In this document: positions 1 to 12,554 of the stretch, one piece after another
Layout: each line of letters starts with the position of its first letter
Numbering within the stretch: position 1 is the first letter of the stretch
DNA from: Methyloceanibacter sp.
Lineage (GTDB): Bacteria; Pseudomonadota; Alphaproteobacteria; Rhizobiales; Methyloligellaceae
Direction of reading: 5' to 3'
Length of the DNA: 64,000 bases
Assembly (NCBI GenBank): GCA_036559585.1
Contig: DATBSU010000029.1
Span: 239-64,238, forward strand
Translations under genes and position numbers: made by a program
Notes under the pieces: generated by a model
Told to the model about the DNA's origin: nothing
The model's database searches: none
The model's input: the letters and a program-made list of their open reading frames with translations, nothing else

Positions 1-1
1 A

Positions 2-337
2 GGCTGCACAAATCCTCGCGATGTTGGTGGGGAGCAGCGAAGCGAAGGGTCCAAGACCGCAATCGTCAATCGCGGCAAACTCGTCATCGTCGTTCGCGCG
101 CCGCGATTTGACCCCACGCGCAATCAACTCATCGGCGAAGCTCGCCTGGCCCGGAACAATGCCTTGAAGCTCGAAGACTTCGACCTGAAAGCCGTTATTG
201 AGTAAGCCATCGGTCAAAGCGATCATCTGACGTTCGGCGCCGCCGCGCGCGATCGCCCCGGTCACCATAAGGACGCGACAAGGCTTTGCTGGTGGTGCGG
301 GCGCGAAACGCCGTATGAGCTCAGAGATGAGTCGCAT
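2..337 (-). CDS. Glycosyltransferase (GT4-like), N-terminal part, runs off window start
   Basis: Manual translation from ATG at 337: MRLISELIRRF...RVLMVTGAIARGGAERQMIALTDGL, the typical GT4 N-terminal GGAE motif. Open to window edge; not in ORF track. Confidence 0.7.
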   Translation of the reverse strand, partial: MRLISELIRRFAPAPPAKPCRVLMVTGAIARGGAERQMIALTDGLLNNGFQVEVFELQGIVPGQASFADELIARGVKSRRANDDDEFAAIDDCGLGPFASLLPTNIARICAA

Positions 338-465
338 CGTGTTGTTCGCGCGTCACATGCACGGAGATTGCAGTTGGCGTTGCTGCTGTTTGGAGCCTCG
401 CGAAGCGCAGTAAGGCACGCGGCGGCGAACGTAGCAAGCAGGCCTGCGTCGTGAACTCCTCACGC

Positions 466-2580
466 CTAACCCCGCGGCGGCCGCCGGCGCTCGCTGAACC
501 AGGCGCGATATTCGCTCATCTTCTGCCGCTGGGCTGAAGGCGCACGCCGTTTACAGGTCGCAGCTTCCTGGCTCTCCTCCGTCGCCCCCCATCTGAGCTC
601 GACACAATCGTTGAGGTTATAGGCCATCTCAAGCGCCTGGGTGCGGCCGAGCAGATCTTTCAGCGCCAGCGTCCAAGCTGAGCCGTCGGTACGCGTGTAG
701 GAGAATTTCCGCGCCGATAATTCCTGGTCGAGCATGGTCTCCAATTCCGCCTTGACGTCGGCAACGCTCTTATCCTTTGGCATCGCGTAACGTTCGGGGC
801 GCCGCGCCACGCGATCGGGAAACCCGCGCACCACATCGATAGCGATCAAGAGACGCAGATCGCGCGACGGTGTCGCGAAATCTTCCCAGGCGCCTGTGGT
901 CTCGAAGATCGACGCGCCGTCCGGCATCGCCACCTCGCCGCCGCCACCGACCTGGTACTTTCGCCCATTCTCCACCGACTCCACGCGGGTGTTCACCTGC
1001 TCCTCGAGCGAGGTCACCACTTCCTTCAGCGCGCGCTCCGGATCGAGCGGCTCAGGGGACATCACGTCATCCATACGGTCGTAAAACTCCTCGACCGCGA
1101 TCTTCGATTGATCGAGCGAGAAATCGCCATAGTCCGGGCTCTTCGTGATCTCCTCGTTGGTCATGCGGCTCAAAGTGCCGTTCTTCTCGCGCACGATCGG
1201 ACGGAACCGCTTGAACCCCGGACCGCCGAGCGCGGGATCTTGCGCGAACAGGAAATTGCCGCGCCAGAACCGTTTCCGCGCCACCGTCCCGTCGGGCTGG
1301 CCGTCGACGGCAAGGAACACGCCAGCTCCGTCACCCGATTGCGGCACGCGCTTCACCAACACCAGCACATGACCATATGGGTCAGCGTAGATGGTGCCGG
1401 GGCGGAGCGTGTCCTCGGAGAGCGGCACCGGATAATAATCGGTGTTGTCGTCATCCGCGGCGGTCCGCCCATTGCCGGAATGTACGGCGTTAGCGATGGT
1501 CGTGCGCAGATAATAGCCGAACCCCGGCACCAGCCCCGGCGGCTTCGGCGGAAGCTTGAGGACTTGCTGCTGCGGCGATGGGACCGGCGGCGCAAACATG
1601 CCGAACAGTCCGGCTGAGGACTGCGTCTGCTGCTGCGGCGTTAGCGCAGGCGCCAGCTCTTCATTCACGGTATTCCACCATTGCGATTGCGGACATTTCG
1701 GCGCCTGGCCGCCGTCGCCCCTGGTGCATTTCGAATAGCCGAATGGCAGCCCCATCTTGAAGGCGAAATAGGCGCGCAAGAAATAAGGAACGTCGGCACA
1801 GTCCGGCTGCACGATCTGCCCCTTCTCGTCCTCGCGCAAACCGAGATGGTTGAACAGTACATTGCGCGATTTATCGCGTAACACCTCATGCATCGCCTTC
1901 CACGACGGCTGCTCGTCGAGCGGCGCGTCGAACAATCTCTCGATCCAGGCCGAGTAAAGATTTTCCGTCGCGCGGTTCCAGTCGGCGTTGAGCGGCCAGA
2001 CACCTTTGCCTTGGCGAGGACCCGGCGGCTGTTTCTTCTGCACCACGATGGCGCGGGTGACGCTGCTGCAGTCCGGCGTCGCCCCCTCGCGGGTAAGTTT
2101 CGCAACCCAGGTGCCGGCGGAAGGTGACGCGATCTCGGCGGACCAAAAATAGGGCGGCCCGCCCTGCCGCTCGGACGATGCGGCCGCAACCTTGCCGTCC
2201 GGCGCGGTCAAAGTAAGCTCGCCGTTGGCCGGCTTCTCCACCGCAAAAATCACCTTTAGAGGCGTGCCCTTCCACGGCGCAGCAGGCGAAGCGAGCATGG
2301 CGAGCCCGGTCTCGACCTTGCAATTGTCTAGCGGGACTTCGGCTTGCTTTTCGGCAGGGGCTTGGTGTTGCGCCGCTTGCTTCGCCGGACCCTGCGCCTT
2401 ATGGCGCTGGGCAGCCCAAGCCGAGTCGGGGACGAAACACACTGCCGCGATCAGCAACAATGTGATCGCTGCAGCAGCTTTAAATTGGCGCGCAGGCAAC
2501 AAGTGAGCCCCCTCTCCGGTCCCTCGAAGCACCCCAAAAATACCCCGAAAACGGCCGCCGCTAAATGTCATTTTGGTCAT
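466..2580 (-). CDS. Large exported hypothetical protein with possible NlpC/P60-like Cys-His core
   Basis: 704-aa ORF; hydrophobic signal-like segment ending SAWA; DCAD and GHV motifs; coding-like composition. Confidence 0.75.
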   Translation of the reverse strand: MTKMTFSGGRFRGIFGVLRGTGEGAHLLPARQFKAAAAITLLLIAAVCFVPDSAWAAQRHKAQGPAKQAAQHQAPAEKQAEVPLDNCKVETGLAMLASPAAPWKGTPLKVIFAVEKPANGELTLTAPDGKVAAASSERQGGPPYFWSAEIASPSAGTWVAKLTREGATPDCSSVTRAIVVQKKQPPGPRQGKGVWPLNADWNRATENLYSAWIERLFDAPLDEQPSWKAMHEVLRDKSRNVLFNHLGLREDEKGQIVQPDCADVPYFLRAYFAFKMGLPFGYSKCTRGDGGQAPKCPQSQWWNTVNEELAPALTPQQQTQSSAGLFGMFAPPVPSPQQQVLKLPPKPPGLVPGFGYYLRTTIANAVHSGNGRTAADDDNTDYYPVPLSEDTLRPGTIYADPYGHVLVLVKRVPQSGDGAGVFLAVDGQPDGTVARKRFWRGNFLFAQDPALGGPGFKRFRPIVREKNGTLSRMTNEEITKSPDYGDFSLDQSKIAVEEFYDRMDDVMSPEPLDPERALKEVVTSLEEQVNTRVESVENGRKYQVGGGGEVAMPDGASIFETTGAWEDFATPSRDLRLLIAIDVVRGFPDRVARRPERYAMPKDKSVADVKAELETMLDQELSARKFSYTRTDGSAWTLALKDLLGRTQALEMAYNLNDCVELRWGATEESQEAATCKRRAPSAQRQKMSEYRAWFSERRRPPRG

Positions 2581-2857
2581 GATTCCCCGTTACCGCGACG
2601 GGGCTGCCGTCCGGGATTTGCTGAACATTTCTCCCCAAAAGGGGAGCGGCGCGCCGAAAAGCGCAGAACCTATGGTGTCCGCGAGCCCTCAACAGACCCG
2701 CGGCGGGCGCCTCTCGGCGCGCCACAAGCGGCGTTCATTCAGTGCCGGGCCGCGCTTTTTATCGGCGCATCGAAGGGACACGCCTTCTATCAGCCAGCTC
2801 CTGGCAGGAACTCTTAGTGGTCCCGGGCGGAGCCGGATGTTTGCTTTTTTTGCTTAG

Positions 2858-3469
2858 CTATTCGTCGAATTTCGGCGCGGCGCTGCTCATGCGCTTATAG
2901 GTGCCGGCCCCGGAGACATTGAGCCCCATGCCGCAGGAGCCGTCTTGACTGACGACGAGCTTTTCGCCTGCGAACTTGAAAGCAAGCGCGCAGTCATTGT
3001 CCCGATCGGCATAATTGGCGGCGTCGCCGCTGAGCGGAACCTCGCCTGAGACCTCCCCGACATTTGTCTGGTGTGTCGCGCTGACGAAGAATTTGATCTG
3101 GCCGTCATTCGTCTGTTGGACTCGCACCTCTCCGCCCTTCATCGTGTAGGTGCCGGTCACGACTGAATTGCCCGCACCTTTGAGAGCGGCGATGCGATCC
3201 GCATAGGCCTTCATGATGCAATTGCTGTCCTGGCATTGATCGCGCGAGGCCAGCCACGCTTTCTGCTCGGTCTTCAAGGCTTCTTTTTCCGACGCGCTCG
3301 CGAGTGCCGCCTTGTAGAGGCGGCCGAGCTCGTCGTCCATCGCGGTCAATCGGGAGTCGGAGCAAATGGCTTTTTCGGCGAAGCTCGAGGCCTTGTTACA
3401 GTCGAAGGTCGCCGCGCGCGCCGAAGGCATCAGGAAGAGGCAGAACACCAACCAAATCGCGGTTCGCAT
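2858..3469 (-). CDS. LprI/DUF1311-family secreted protein (lysozyme-inhibitor-like)
   Basis: Signal peptide then FDCNKAS..EKAIC..L..D..L..LY..EQKAWL..RD.C....C...Y..RI signature. Confidence 0.85.
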   Translation of the reverse strand: MRTAIWLVFCLFLMPSARAATFDCNKASSFAEKAICSDSRLTAMDDELGRLYKAALASASEKEALKTEQKAWLASRDQCQDSNCIMKAYADRIAALKGAGNSVVTGTYTMKGGEVRVQQTNDGQIKFFVSATHQTNVGEVSGEVPLSGDAANYADRDNDCALAFKFAGEKLVVSQDGSCGMGLNVSGAGTYKRMSSAAPKFDE

Positions 3470-3700
3470 GGCCGCTCTCCGAACAGATTAAGCCTGCTCC
3501 TCGATGACTATATCATGGCGGCAGCGCAGGCGGACTCGTTCACGCCGGGTTTCGAGTCTTGGGTTACTCCGCGAGTAACTCTGTCATGGGAATGGAATGA
3601 GGATCGGGCCGAACATGGCTCAATTCTCCGTATATCCCTACTGACCGGAAAGCCTGCGATCTGACTGACTAAACGCTCCAGTGTCGCTACCATAGCCCCC

Positions 3701-4882
3701 ATGAGGTCTCGCCTACCCGTCTTCGTCTTCGCCGTCGCCCTGCTGCTGCCCGCCCCGGCGCTCGCCGGCGTGAAGGAGAAGGTCGCGGCGCTCACTCCGT
3801 CCGGGGTGGTGCTCGTGATTGACGACAAGGGCAACGAGCTAATCGCCCAGAACGTGGACAAGCCCTTCGTCCCGGCCTCCGTCACTAAACTCGTGACGGC
3901 GTGGCTGGCGATGGACGTGCTCGGCGCCGATTACCGCTTCGAGACCAAGTTCTACCTGGACGACAAGCGGGTGCTCTATATACGCGGGGGCGGCGACCCC
4001 TTCTTGATCTCCGAGGAGCTGGAGGCGCTCGCGAAAGAGCTGGTCGCCGCCATCGGCAAGGAGCCGATCACCGGCATCGTCCTCGATGCGAGCTACTATC
4101 CTTCCAACCTCCGCATCCCGGGCATCGAGAACACCACCGAGTCCTATGACGCGCTGAACACCGCGCTCGCGGTGAACTTCAACACGATCGCCGCCGTGCG
4201 CAAGGGCAACACGGTCCGCTCCGCCGAGGAACAAACGCCGATCACGCCGGTGGCGATCAGCGAGTTCCGGGCGCGAGGCCCCAAAGGAACCGGCCGCATC
4301 AGCCTGAGCAAGAACCCGGCGGTAAGCCTGCAATATGCCGGCGAGCTGATCGCCGCTTTCATTGAGCGGGCGGGCGTCAGCGTCAAGGGCAAGATCACGA
4401 TCGGAGCGGTGGCCGAGGGCCTGAAGCCGGTCTATGTTCACAAGTCGCGTCCCCTTTCGCAGATCCTCGTCCAACTGCTCATCGCCTCGAACAACTACAT
4501 TGCGAACCAAGTCTTCCTGGAGATCGGCGGGACCCTGGGCGGACAAGTCAGCCTCGAGAAGTCGCTGAAAGTGGCGAACGCCATGCTTGCCTCCAACGGC
4601 TTCGCCGACTCCATCCATATTGAGGAGGGCTCCGGCATCAGCCGCGACAACCGCTTTACGGCGCGCGGCCTCGCGCACGTGCTCGAACTGTTTGCGCCTC
4701 ACGCCGAGCTGCTGCACGGCCATGACGGCGGCCTGAACAAGACCGGCACCATGTCCGGCGTCAGCACCTTGGCGGGCTACGCCGATACCAAAAGCCACGG
4801 CCGCGTGCGCTTCGTGATCGCGCTCAAGAGCAACGGCCCACTGCGCTTCCAGCTGCTAAAGGCCATCAAGGCGGCGCTGTAA
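3701..4882 (+). CDS. dacB: D-Ala-D-Ala carboxypeptidase/endopeptidase (peptidase S13, PBP4-like)
   Basis: SxxK (PASVTK), GGGDP, SNN, EGSGISR and KTGT motifs; signal peptide. Confidence 0.9.
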   Translation: MRSRLPVFVFAVALLLPAPALAGVKEKVAALTPSGVVLVIDDKGNELIAQNVDKPFVPASVTKLVTAWLAMDVLGADYRFETKFYLDDKRVLYIRGGGDPFLISEELEALAKELVAAIGKEPITGIVLDASYYPSNLRIPGIENTTESYDALNTALAVNFNTIAAVRKGNTVRSAEEQTPITPVAISEFRARGPKGTGRISLSKNPAVSLQYAGELIAAFIERAGVSVKGKITIGAVAEGLKPVYVHKSRPLSQILVQLLIASNNYIANQVFLEIGGTLGGQVSLEKSLKVANAMLASNGFADSIHIEEGSGISRDNRFTARGLAHVLELFAPHAELLHGHDGGLNKTGTMSGVSTLAGYADTKSHGRVRFVIALKSNGPLRFQLLKAIKAAL

Positions 4883-4900
4883 GGGCAGAGACGGCCTCGA

Positions 4901-5188
4901 CTAGCGAAACGGGTATGTCACCAGCCCCTTCTTGCAGGCCTTCTTGAACTCGTGCTTGGAGATCTTGCCATCCTGGTCGGGTCCATCCGCCAACGCGAAA
5001 TTGACGATGAAGGGGTGGGCGTTCTGCCTGTCGAGGTAGTGACCGGAGGGAACCGCCGCATGCCAGACAGTCTTGCACTGTTCCCTGGTTAGAACACCAG
5101 AGGGGCGGCCAGAGGTCATCGTGCCGGCGTACGCATAGCCAGTGGCGAACAGCAGCGCAAAACTCATCAAGATTGCAGGTGTTTTCAT
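4901..5188 (-). CDS. Small secreted EF-hand-like protein
   Basis: AAGGA RBS before ATG 5188; signal peptide; DQDGKISKHEFKKAC EF-hand-like loop; two Cys. Confidence 0.7.
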   Translation of the reverse strand: MKTPAILMSFALLFATGYAYAGTMTSGRPSGVLTREQCKTVWHAAVPSGHYLDRQNAHPFIVNFALADGPDQDGKISKHEFKKACKKGLVTYPFR

Positions 5189-5322
5189 GGATTTTTCCTT
5201 ACATCGGGATGGGGTTCCCATTCCGCGCGAGCCCGACCGCACGCTCGCAAAGGAAACTTGCCCAAATCTTGCGAGTTTCATTCGGAGTTGAGGATATTTT
5301 GGACGCTACAGGCGTCGGCTTC

Positions 5323-5676
5323 CTACTCGTGAAGCAACGATTCCCAGTCGGGTGGCACCCGCCCCGCAGGGCCCGGCACCGGTTGGTCAGCGGGATGAGA
5401 CTGCGGCGGGGCCAAGCTCGGACCTTTGAAGAAGTCTTCCGTGCGATAGTCCCAGAACCACCGCTCACCGGGCTCATAGCTGGCGATGATCGGGTGGCCG
5501 GTCGCGTGATGATGCTTTGTCGCGTGCTGATTGGGCGAAGTATCGCAGCAGCCGATATGACCGCATTCGGCACATCGGCGCAGATGGAACCACCAGCTGC
5601 CCGTCGCCCGACATTCCACGCAGCCGGTACCGCTCGGCTTGGCCAGGGGATTGATGCCGTCTCTCTGCGATTTCAT
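5323..5676 (-). CDS. UBP-type zinc finger protein (zf-UBP)
   Basis: CxxC..W.HLRRCAECGHIGCCDTSPNQHATKH..GHPII.SYEPGERWFW signature. Confidence 0.9.
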   Translation of the reverse strand: MKSQRDGINPLAKPSGTGCVECRATGSWWFHLRRCAECGHIGCCDTSPNQHATKHHHATGHPIIASYEPGERWFWDYRTEDFFKGPSLAPPQSHPADQPVPGPAGRVPPDWESLLHE

Positions 5677-5979
5677 GGTGCTTTCCTATTCTCACTCCTC
5701 CCTGCGGAAATCTCTGGTGGCAAATGTAGTTAGCCAGGTCAGGATGTTGACGTCCTGCCCTTTCGCCTACAAGGGAAACCTTCTGCCATGGTCGGAATTT
5801 TAGTTGAACCAAAGCGGGTAGTGGCATGGCCAAGGTCTTCCTGTATGCTTTCGATCCCTTGAATTACCTGTCATTTTTTTGTGCGTTTGACACCCAAGTA
5901 CGGGCCCCTGAACGAGCCTCAAACCGGAGCGAAGCATGCCGACCTCGTGCAGGGATGCCGATTGAAAGGAAATTGATCG

Positions 5980-8900
5980 ATGGAAACACCTCCCGATCTA
6001 TCAACGCCTGGACAGCAAAGTGAAGGAAGCTATCTGCAAGGCCTGCTTAGAGCGCTGCAGCTGATCCGTGCGGGTGATTTTTCCGTTCGGATGGCTGGAG
6101 ATAGCGTCGGCATCGAGGGCAAAATTGCGGATACACTTAATGAAATTGTCGTCGCCAATCAGCAAATGGCCCAACAACTAGAGCTCGTCGGTCAGGTTGT
6201 CGGACGCGAGGGAAAAACAAGAAAACGAGTCGCTATAGGGCTTCCCCATGGCGCATGGCGAGAAATGGAAGAATCGATCAACGCGCTGATCGATGACTTA
6301 CTCTGGCCCACCGCCCAAGTAACAGGCGCAATTGCCGCGGTCGCGGAGGGTGACCTCTTAAAAAAAGTTCCCCTGGAAGTCGATGGGCGCCCGCTTAAGG
6401 GAGAGTTTCTCAGCTCGGCTACGATTGTGAATACCATGATCAGGCAGCTCGAAATTTTTACTTCGGAGGTGACACGCGTTGCCCGCGAAGTAGGTACGGA
6501 AGGAAAGCTGGGCGGTCAGGCCGAGGTGCCGGAGGTGACGGGTGTTTGGAAGGACCTGACTCTGAACGTCAATTCCATGGCGAATAACCTAACGGCGCAA
6601 GTTCGCAATATCGCCGAGGTCACAATGGCCGTTGCCAATGGCGATCTCTCAAAGAAGATCACCGTCGATGTGCGGGGCGAGATTCTGCAGCTGAAGGAGG
6701 CTATCAATACGATGGTCGATCAACTGCGCTCGTTTGCCTCCGAAGTGACTAGAGTTGCCCGAGAGGTCGGCACTGACGGCAAGTTGGGCGGTCAAGCTAT
6801 CGTTCCCGGCGTCGCCGGCACCTGGAAGGACCTTACCGACTCTGTCAACGCGATGTGCGGCAATCTTACGGCGCAAGTGCGCAACATTGCGCAAGTGACC
6901 ACCGCAGTGGCGCGAGGCGATCTATCTCGAAAAATTACGGCGGATGTGCGCGGCGAGATTCTCGAATTGAAGGACACCATCAACACGATGGTCGATCAGC
7001 TCAATTCCTTTGCCTCTGAGGTGACGCGTGTGGCGCGCGAGGTCGGTACCGAGGGCAAACTCGGCGGCCAGGCAACCGTTCCTGATGTCGCGGGCACTTG
7101 GAAGGACCTAACAGACAGCGTGAACTTCATGGCCAGCAACCTCACGGCCCAGGTCCGCAACATTGCAGATGTTGCGACGGCCATCGCCAGCGGCGACCTT
7201 TCCAAGAAGATCACCGTGAGCGTCAGCGGCGAGATCCTTCAGCTGAAGGAAACCATCAATACGATGGTAGACCAACTCAACGCCTTTGCAGGCGAAGTCA
7301 CGCGCGTCGCCCGTGAAGTTGGCACAGAGGGAATTCTTGGTGGTCAAGCTAACGTACCCGGCGTGGCTGGCACCTGGGAAGACCTCACAGATAGCGTCAA
7401 CTCCATGGCAGGAAATCTCACCGCCCAGGTGCGCAACATCGCGGAGGTGACCACTGCGGTTGCGCAAGGTGATCTGTCGCGCAAGATCACCGTCGATGTG
7501 AAGGGCGAAATCCTCGAACTAAAGAATACCATCAACACCATGGTCGATCAGCTCAATGCTTTTGCCTCCGAAGTGACGCGGGTGGCGCGTGAAGTGGGCA
7601 CCGAAGGAAAACTCGGGGGGCAGGCCGAAGTGCCGGAGGTCGCTGGGACGTGGAAGGATCTCACCGACAACGTCAATTTCATGGCGAGCAACCTAACGGC
7701 GCAGGTGCGTAATATCGCCGAAGTTGCAACGGCTATCGCCAATGGCGATCTCTCCAAGAAAATCATGGTGGACGTCCGAGGCGAGATGCTGCTCCTCAAG
7801 GAGACGCTAAATACGATGGTGGATCAGCTGCGCTCATTCGCCGCCGAAGTCACGCGCGTCGCCCGCGAGGTTGGCACCGATGGACGGCTCGGCGGACAGG
7901 CTATCGTGCCGGGCGTTGGCGGCACTTGGAAGGATTTGACCGACAACGTGAATCTGCTTGCCGCCAATCTTACTACTCAGGTGCGCAACATCGCGGAGGT
8001 GACCACTGCGGTTGCGGGTGGCGATCTGTCGCGAAAGATCACTGTCGATGTAAAGGGTGAAATCCTCGAACTGAAAAATACCATCAACACCATGGTCGAT
8101 CGGCTCAATGCTTTTGCTTCAGAAGTGACGCGTGTGGCGCGCGAGGTAGGCACCGAGGGTAGGCTTGGAGGGCAAGCCCAAGTGTCGGGAGTCGCCGGCA
8201 CGTGGAAAGATCTTACCGATACCGTCAATGTCATGGCGGCAAATCTCACTGAGCAGGTTCGCGGCATCGTGAAAGTTGTTACCGCCGTGGCGACCGGTGA
8301 CCTCAAACAGAACCTCACGGTAAAATCCAAGGGAGAAGTCGCGGCGCTAGCTGAGACGATCAATAATATGACCAACACGCTCGCGACTTTCGCCGACCAA
8401 GTCACAAGCGTTGCGAGAGAGGTGGGAGTGGAGGGCAGGCTTGGAGGGCAGGCAAACGTTCCCGGCGCCGCCGGTACGTGGAAAGACCTGACCGGCAACG
8501 TGAATCTACTTGCGGCCAACCTAACCAATCAAGTCCGGGCGATTGCCGAGGTCGCGACCGCCGTCACAAAGGGCGATCTCACGCGATCAATTCAAGTGGA
8601 CGCCAAGGGCGAGGTCGCTGAGCTCAAGGACAACATCAACACGATGATTGACAACCTTCGGCTCACCACTGAGCAGAATACGGAACAGGACTGGCTCAAG
8701 ACCAATCTCGCCAACTTCACCAATATGCTGCAGGGACAGCGAGATCTCGCCACGGTTGGGGGGGTGCTGCTCAGCGAGCTTACGCCGCTTGTTGGCGCAC
8801 AGGTGGGCGTCATCTACCAGGTTGATGAGGATGACGGCGAAGGAGTGCTTCGCCTCTTGGCCTCCTACGCGGCCAATCGAGCAAACGGCCACCTTCCACG

Positions 8901-10227
8901 CTTGCGAATTGGTGAAGGTCTCGCCGGTCAGTGTGCCGCCGATGGGCGAACGCTCCTGGTCAAGGATGTGCCTCCTGACATGACCTTGATTGGATCGGCG
9001 CTTGTGAAGATGGCTCCGCGAAACATCATCGTGCTGCCTGTGTTGTTTGAGAGCCAAACAAAGGCGGTCATCGAACTTGGGTCGATCAGATCCTTCACCA
9101 ACCTGGAAATCATGTTTTTAGAGCAGCTCACCAACAGCATCGGCATCGTTCTCAACAGTATTGCAGCAACGATGCAAACCGAGGAACTCAATCGCGAACT
9201 CGAAAATCGTGTAGCCGATAGGACATCGGAATTGGAGTTCCTGGCTCGTGAAGTCGACCATCGCGCCAAAAATATCCTTTCTGTGGTGCAATCAATCTGT
9301 CGCTTGAGTAAGGCAGAGGATCCCCAAGCCTACATGTCGGCTGTTGAGGGTAGAATCAGATCGCTTTCTATCGCCCACACACTGCTCTCTGAGTCCAGGT
9401 GGGAGGGAGCTGATTTGCGCAGACTTGTCGGCCAGGTACTTGCACCATATCGTCCAGGCTCAACCAGCGCGGAAGGGCCTGACATTCTCCTTGAGCCCCG
9501 AACTGCGCAGACGATTGGCCTAACGCTGCATGAGCTAGCCACCAACGCGGCCAAGTATGGCGCTTTGACTGCGGCCTCAGGAAGGGTAACGCTCCGTTGG
9601 GGCATTGAAAATGGTGCCCTAAACATGACCTGGGAAGAAGCCGGAGGCCCGAGCATACGAGCCCCGATCACAAGTGGCTATGGCATGCGAGTCATCGGAG
9701 GTAGTGCGGAGCAGCTCGGGGGAGGAGCATCGTTCGAATGGCAACATTCGGGATTACGCTGCTCTCTCGTTGTACCGCTCGGGGCAAATACCAAGTCCCC
9801 GCACAAGGGTTTCCACGAGGAACGAATTGGCGAGGCTCCGAGGTCCACTTCGCTGGCGATTGGTGGGAATAGAATCTTGGTCGTGGAGGACGAGCCTCTC
9901 GTCGCCATGAACTTGAGCACCAGTCTCGTCGAATTGGGATTTCACGTCATTGGTCCATATTCGACATTAGCCAAGGCAGCCGCGGCAGCAGTTGAAATAG
10001 AACTCGACGCTGCTTTGCTTGATGTGAACCTCAGCGGCAAAGCGGTCTATCCCATCGCGGACATTCTTGCTTCTAAGAACGTTCCTTTCGCGTTCATCAC
10101 CGGATACGGAACGGAGGCTTTGCCCAACAAATATGCGAACGTCCCGGTTTTGCAGAAACCGATAGACCAAGAAACCTTACAGATTCTCTTGGCGCAAAAC
10201 CGCCCTAGCTTGGCCCAAATGGCTTGA
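5980..10227 (+). CDS. Hybrid sensor kinase: poly-HAMP + GAF + HWE histidine kinase + receiver
   Basis: Eight 92-aa [20 protein letters not shown] repeats plus a degenerate first unit; GAF; EVDHRAKN H-box, [18 protein letters not shown]; REC with VVEDE, LLDVNL, FITGY, KP. Confidence 0.92.
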   Translation: METPPDLSTPGQQSEGSYLQGLLRALQLIRAGDFSVRMAGDSVGIEGKIADTLNEIVVANQQMAQQLELVGQVVGREGKTRKRVAIGLPHGAWREMEESINALIDDLLWPTAQVTGAIAAVAEGDLLKKVPLEVDGRPLKGEFLSSATIVNTMIRQLEIFTSEVTRVAREVGTEGKLGGQAEVPEVTGVWKDLTLNVNSMANNLTAQVRNIAEVTMAVANGDLSKKITVDVRGEILQLKEAINTMVDQLRSFASEVTRVAREVGTDGKLGGQAIVPGVAGTWKDLTDSVNAMCGNLTAQVRNIAQVTTAVARGDLSRKITADVRGEILELKDTINTMVDQLNSFASEVTRVAREVGTEGKLGGQATVPDVAGTWKDLTDSVNFMASNLTAQVRNIADVATAIASGDLSKKITVSVSGEILQLKETINTMVDQLNAFAGEVTRVAREVGTEGILGGQANVPGVAGTWEDLTDSVNSMAGNLTAQVRNIAEVTTAVAQGDLSRKITVDVKGEILELKNTINTMVDQLNAFASEVTRVAREVGTEGKLGGQAEVPEVAGTWKDLTDNVNFMASNLTAQVRNIAEVATAIANGDLSKKIMVDVRGEMLLLKETLNTMVDQLRSFAAEVTRVAREVGTDGRLGGQAIVPGVGGTWKDLTDNVNLLAANLTTQVRNIAEVTTAVAGGDLSRKITVDVKGEILELKNTINTMVDRLNAFASEVTRVAREVGTEGRLGGQAQVSGVAGTWKDLTDTVNVMAANLTEQVRGIVKVVTAVATGDLKQNLTVKSKGEVAALAETINNMTNTLATFADQVTSVAREVGVEGRLGGQANVPGAAGTWKDLTGNVNLLAANLTNQVRAIAEVATAVTKGDLTRSIQVDAKGEVAELKDNINTMIDNLRLTTEQNTEQDWLKTNLANFTNMLQGQRDLATVGGVLLSELTPLVGAQVGVIYQVDEDDGEGVLRLLASYAANRANGHLPRLRIGEGLAGQCAADGRTLLVKDVPPDMTLIGSALVKMAPRNIIVLPVLFESQTKAVIELGSIRSFTNLEIMFLEQLTNSIGIVLNSIAATMQTEELNRELENRVADRTSELEFLAREVDHRAKNILSVVQSICRLSKAEDPQAYMSAVEGRIRSLSIAHTLLSESRWEGADLRRLVGQVLAPYRPGSTSAEGPDILLEPRTAQTIGLTLHELATNAAKYGALTAASGRVTLRWGIENGALNMTWEEAGGPSIRAPITSGYGMRVIGGSAEQLGGGASFEWQHSGLRCSLVVPLGANTKSPHKGFHEERIGEAPRSTSLAIGGNRILVVEDEPLVAMNLSTSLVELGFHVIGPYSTLAKAAAAAVEIELDAALLDVNLSGKAVYPIADILASKNVPFAFITGYGTEALPNKYANVPVLQKPIDQETLQILLAQNRPSLAQMA
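6468..8660 (+). repeat. Intragenic 276-bp tandem repeat encoding the poly-HAMP array
   Basis: VTRVAREVG codons recur at 276-bp spacing (about 6469, 6745, 7021, 7297, 7573, 7849, 8125, 8401). Confidence 0.9.
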
Positions 10228-10299
10228 AGGCAATACCGGTACGAATGGCCGTTGGCGATTGGCGCGGGCGGTTTTAGTTCACGATTGGCTGCTCCGGGG

Positions 10300-10449
10300 T
10301 CACAAGGCGACTTCGCCGTCCTCTTCTTCATACACCTGGGCGCCCATGGCGCGGAATTGAACGAAGGGCTGCTTTCTCTTGGTTTTTGCGGAGCCGGTTC
10401 CGCGCTTGACACGGGCCGCGTCCGAGTCTGATCGAGTTTTGTCAGCCAT
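10300..10449 (-). CDS. Small hypothetical protein (49 aa)
   Basis: GGGAGG RBS 5 nt before ATG; MADKTRSDSDAARVKRGTGSAKTKRKQPFVQFRAMGAQVYEEEDGEVAL. Confidence 0.45.
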   Translation of the reverse strand: MADKTRSDSDAARVKRGTGSAKTKRKQPFVQFRAMGAQVYEEEDGEVAL

Positions 10450-10527
10450 TTCAACCTCCCACTCGTCATCGAATGCATTTATCTTTTTGTTGTCATCGCA
10501 TTTGGGGCGCTTGATATCCGTTTTGGG

Positions 10528-12426
<1,899 letters not shown>

Positions 12427-12437
12427 TAAAGCCAGTT

Positions 12438-12490
12438 TAGCATAATCCCGAAAAGTTGCAGACTTTTTGGATCAGATTGTGCGTCAGAGC
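12438..12490. repeat. Palindromic intergenic repeat (rhizobial/Bru-RS-like), copy 1
   Basis: AGCATAATCCCGAAAAGTTGCAGACTTTTTGGATCAGATTGTGCGTC; related copies at 43316-43370 and 46018-46068. Confidence 0.7.
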
Positions 12491-12554
12491 AGAGGCTTGC
12501 TACCGGCGACAATCAATCTTGCCGCCGGCCACGAACCCGAAAAACGTGAAGGCG

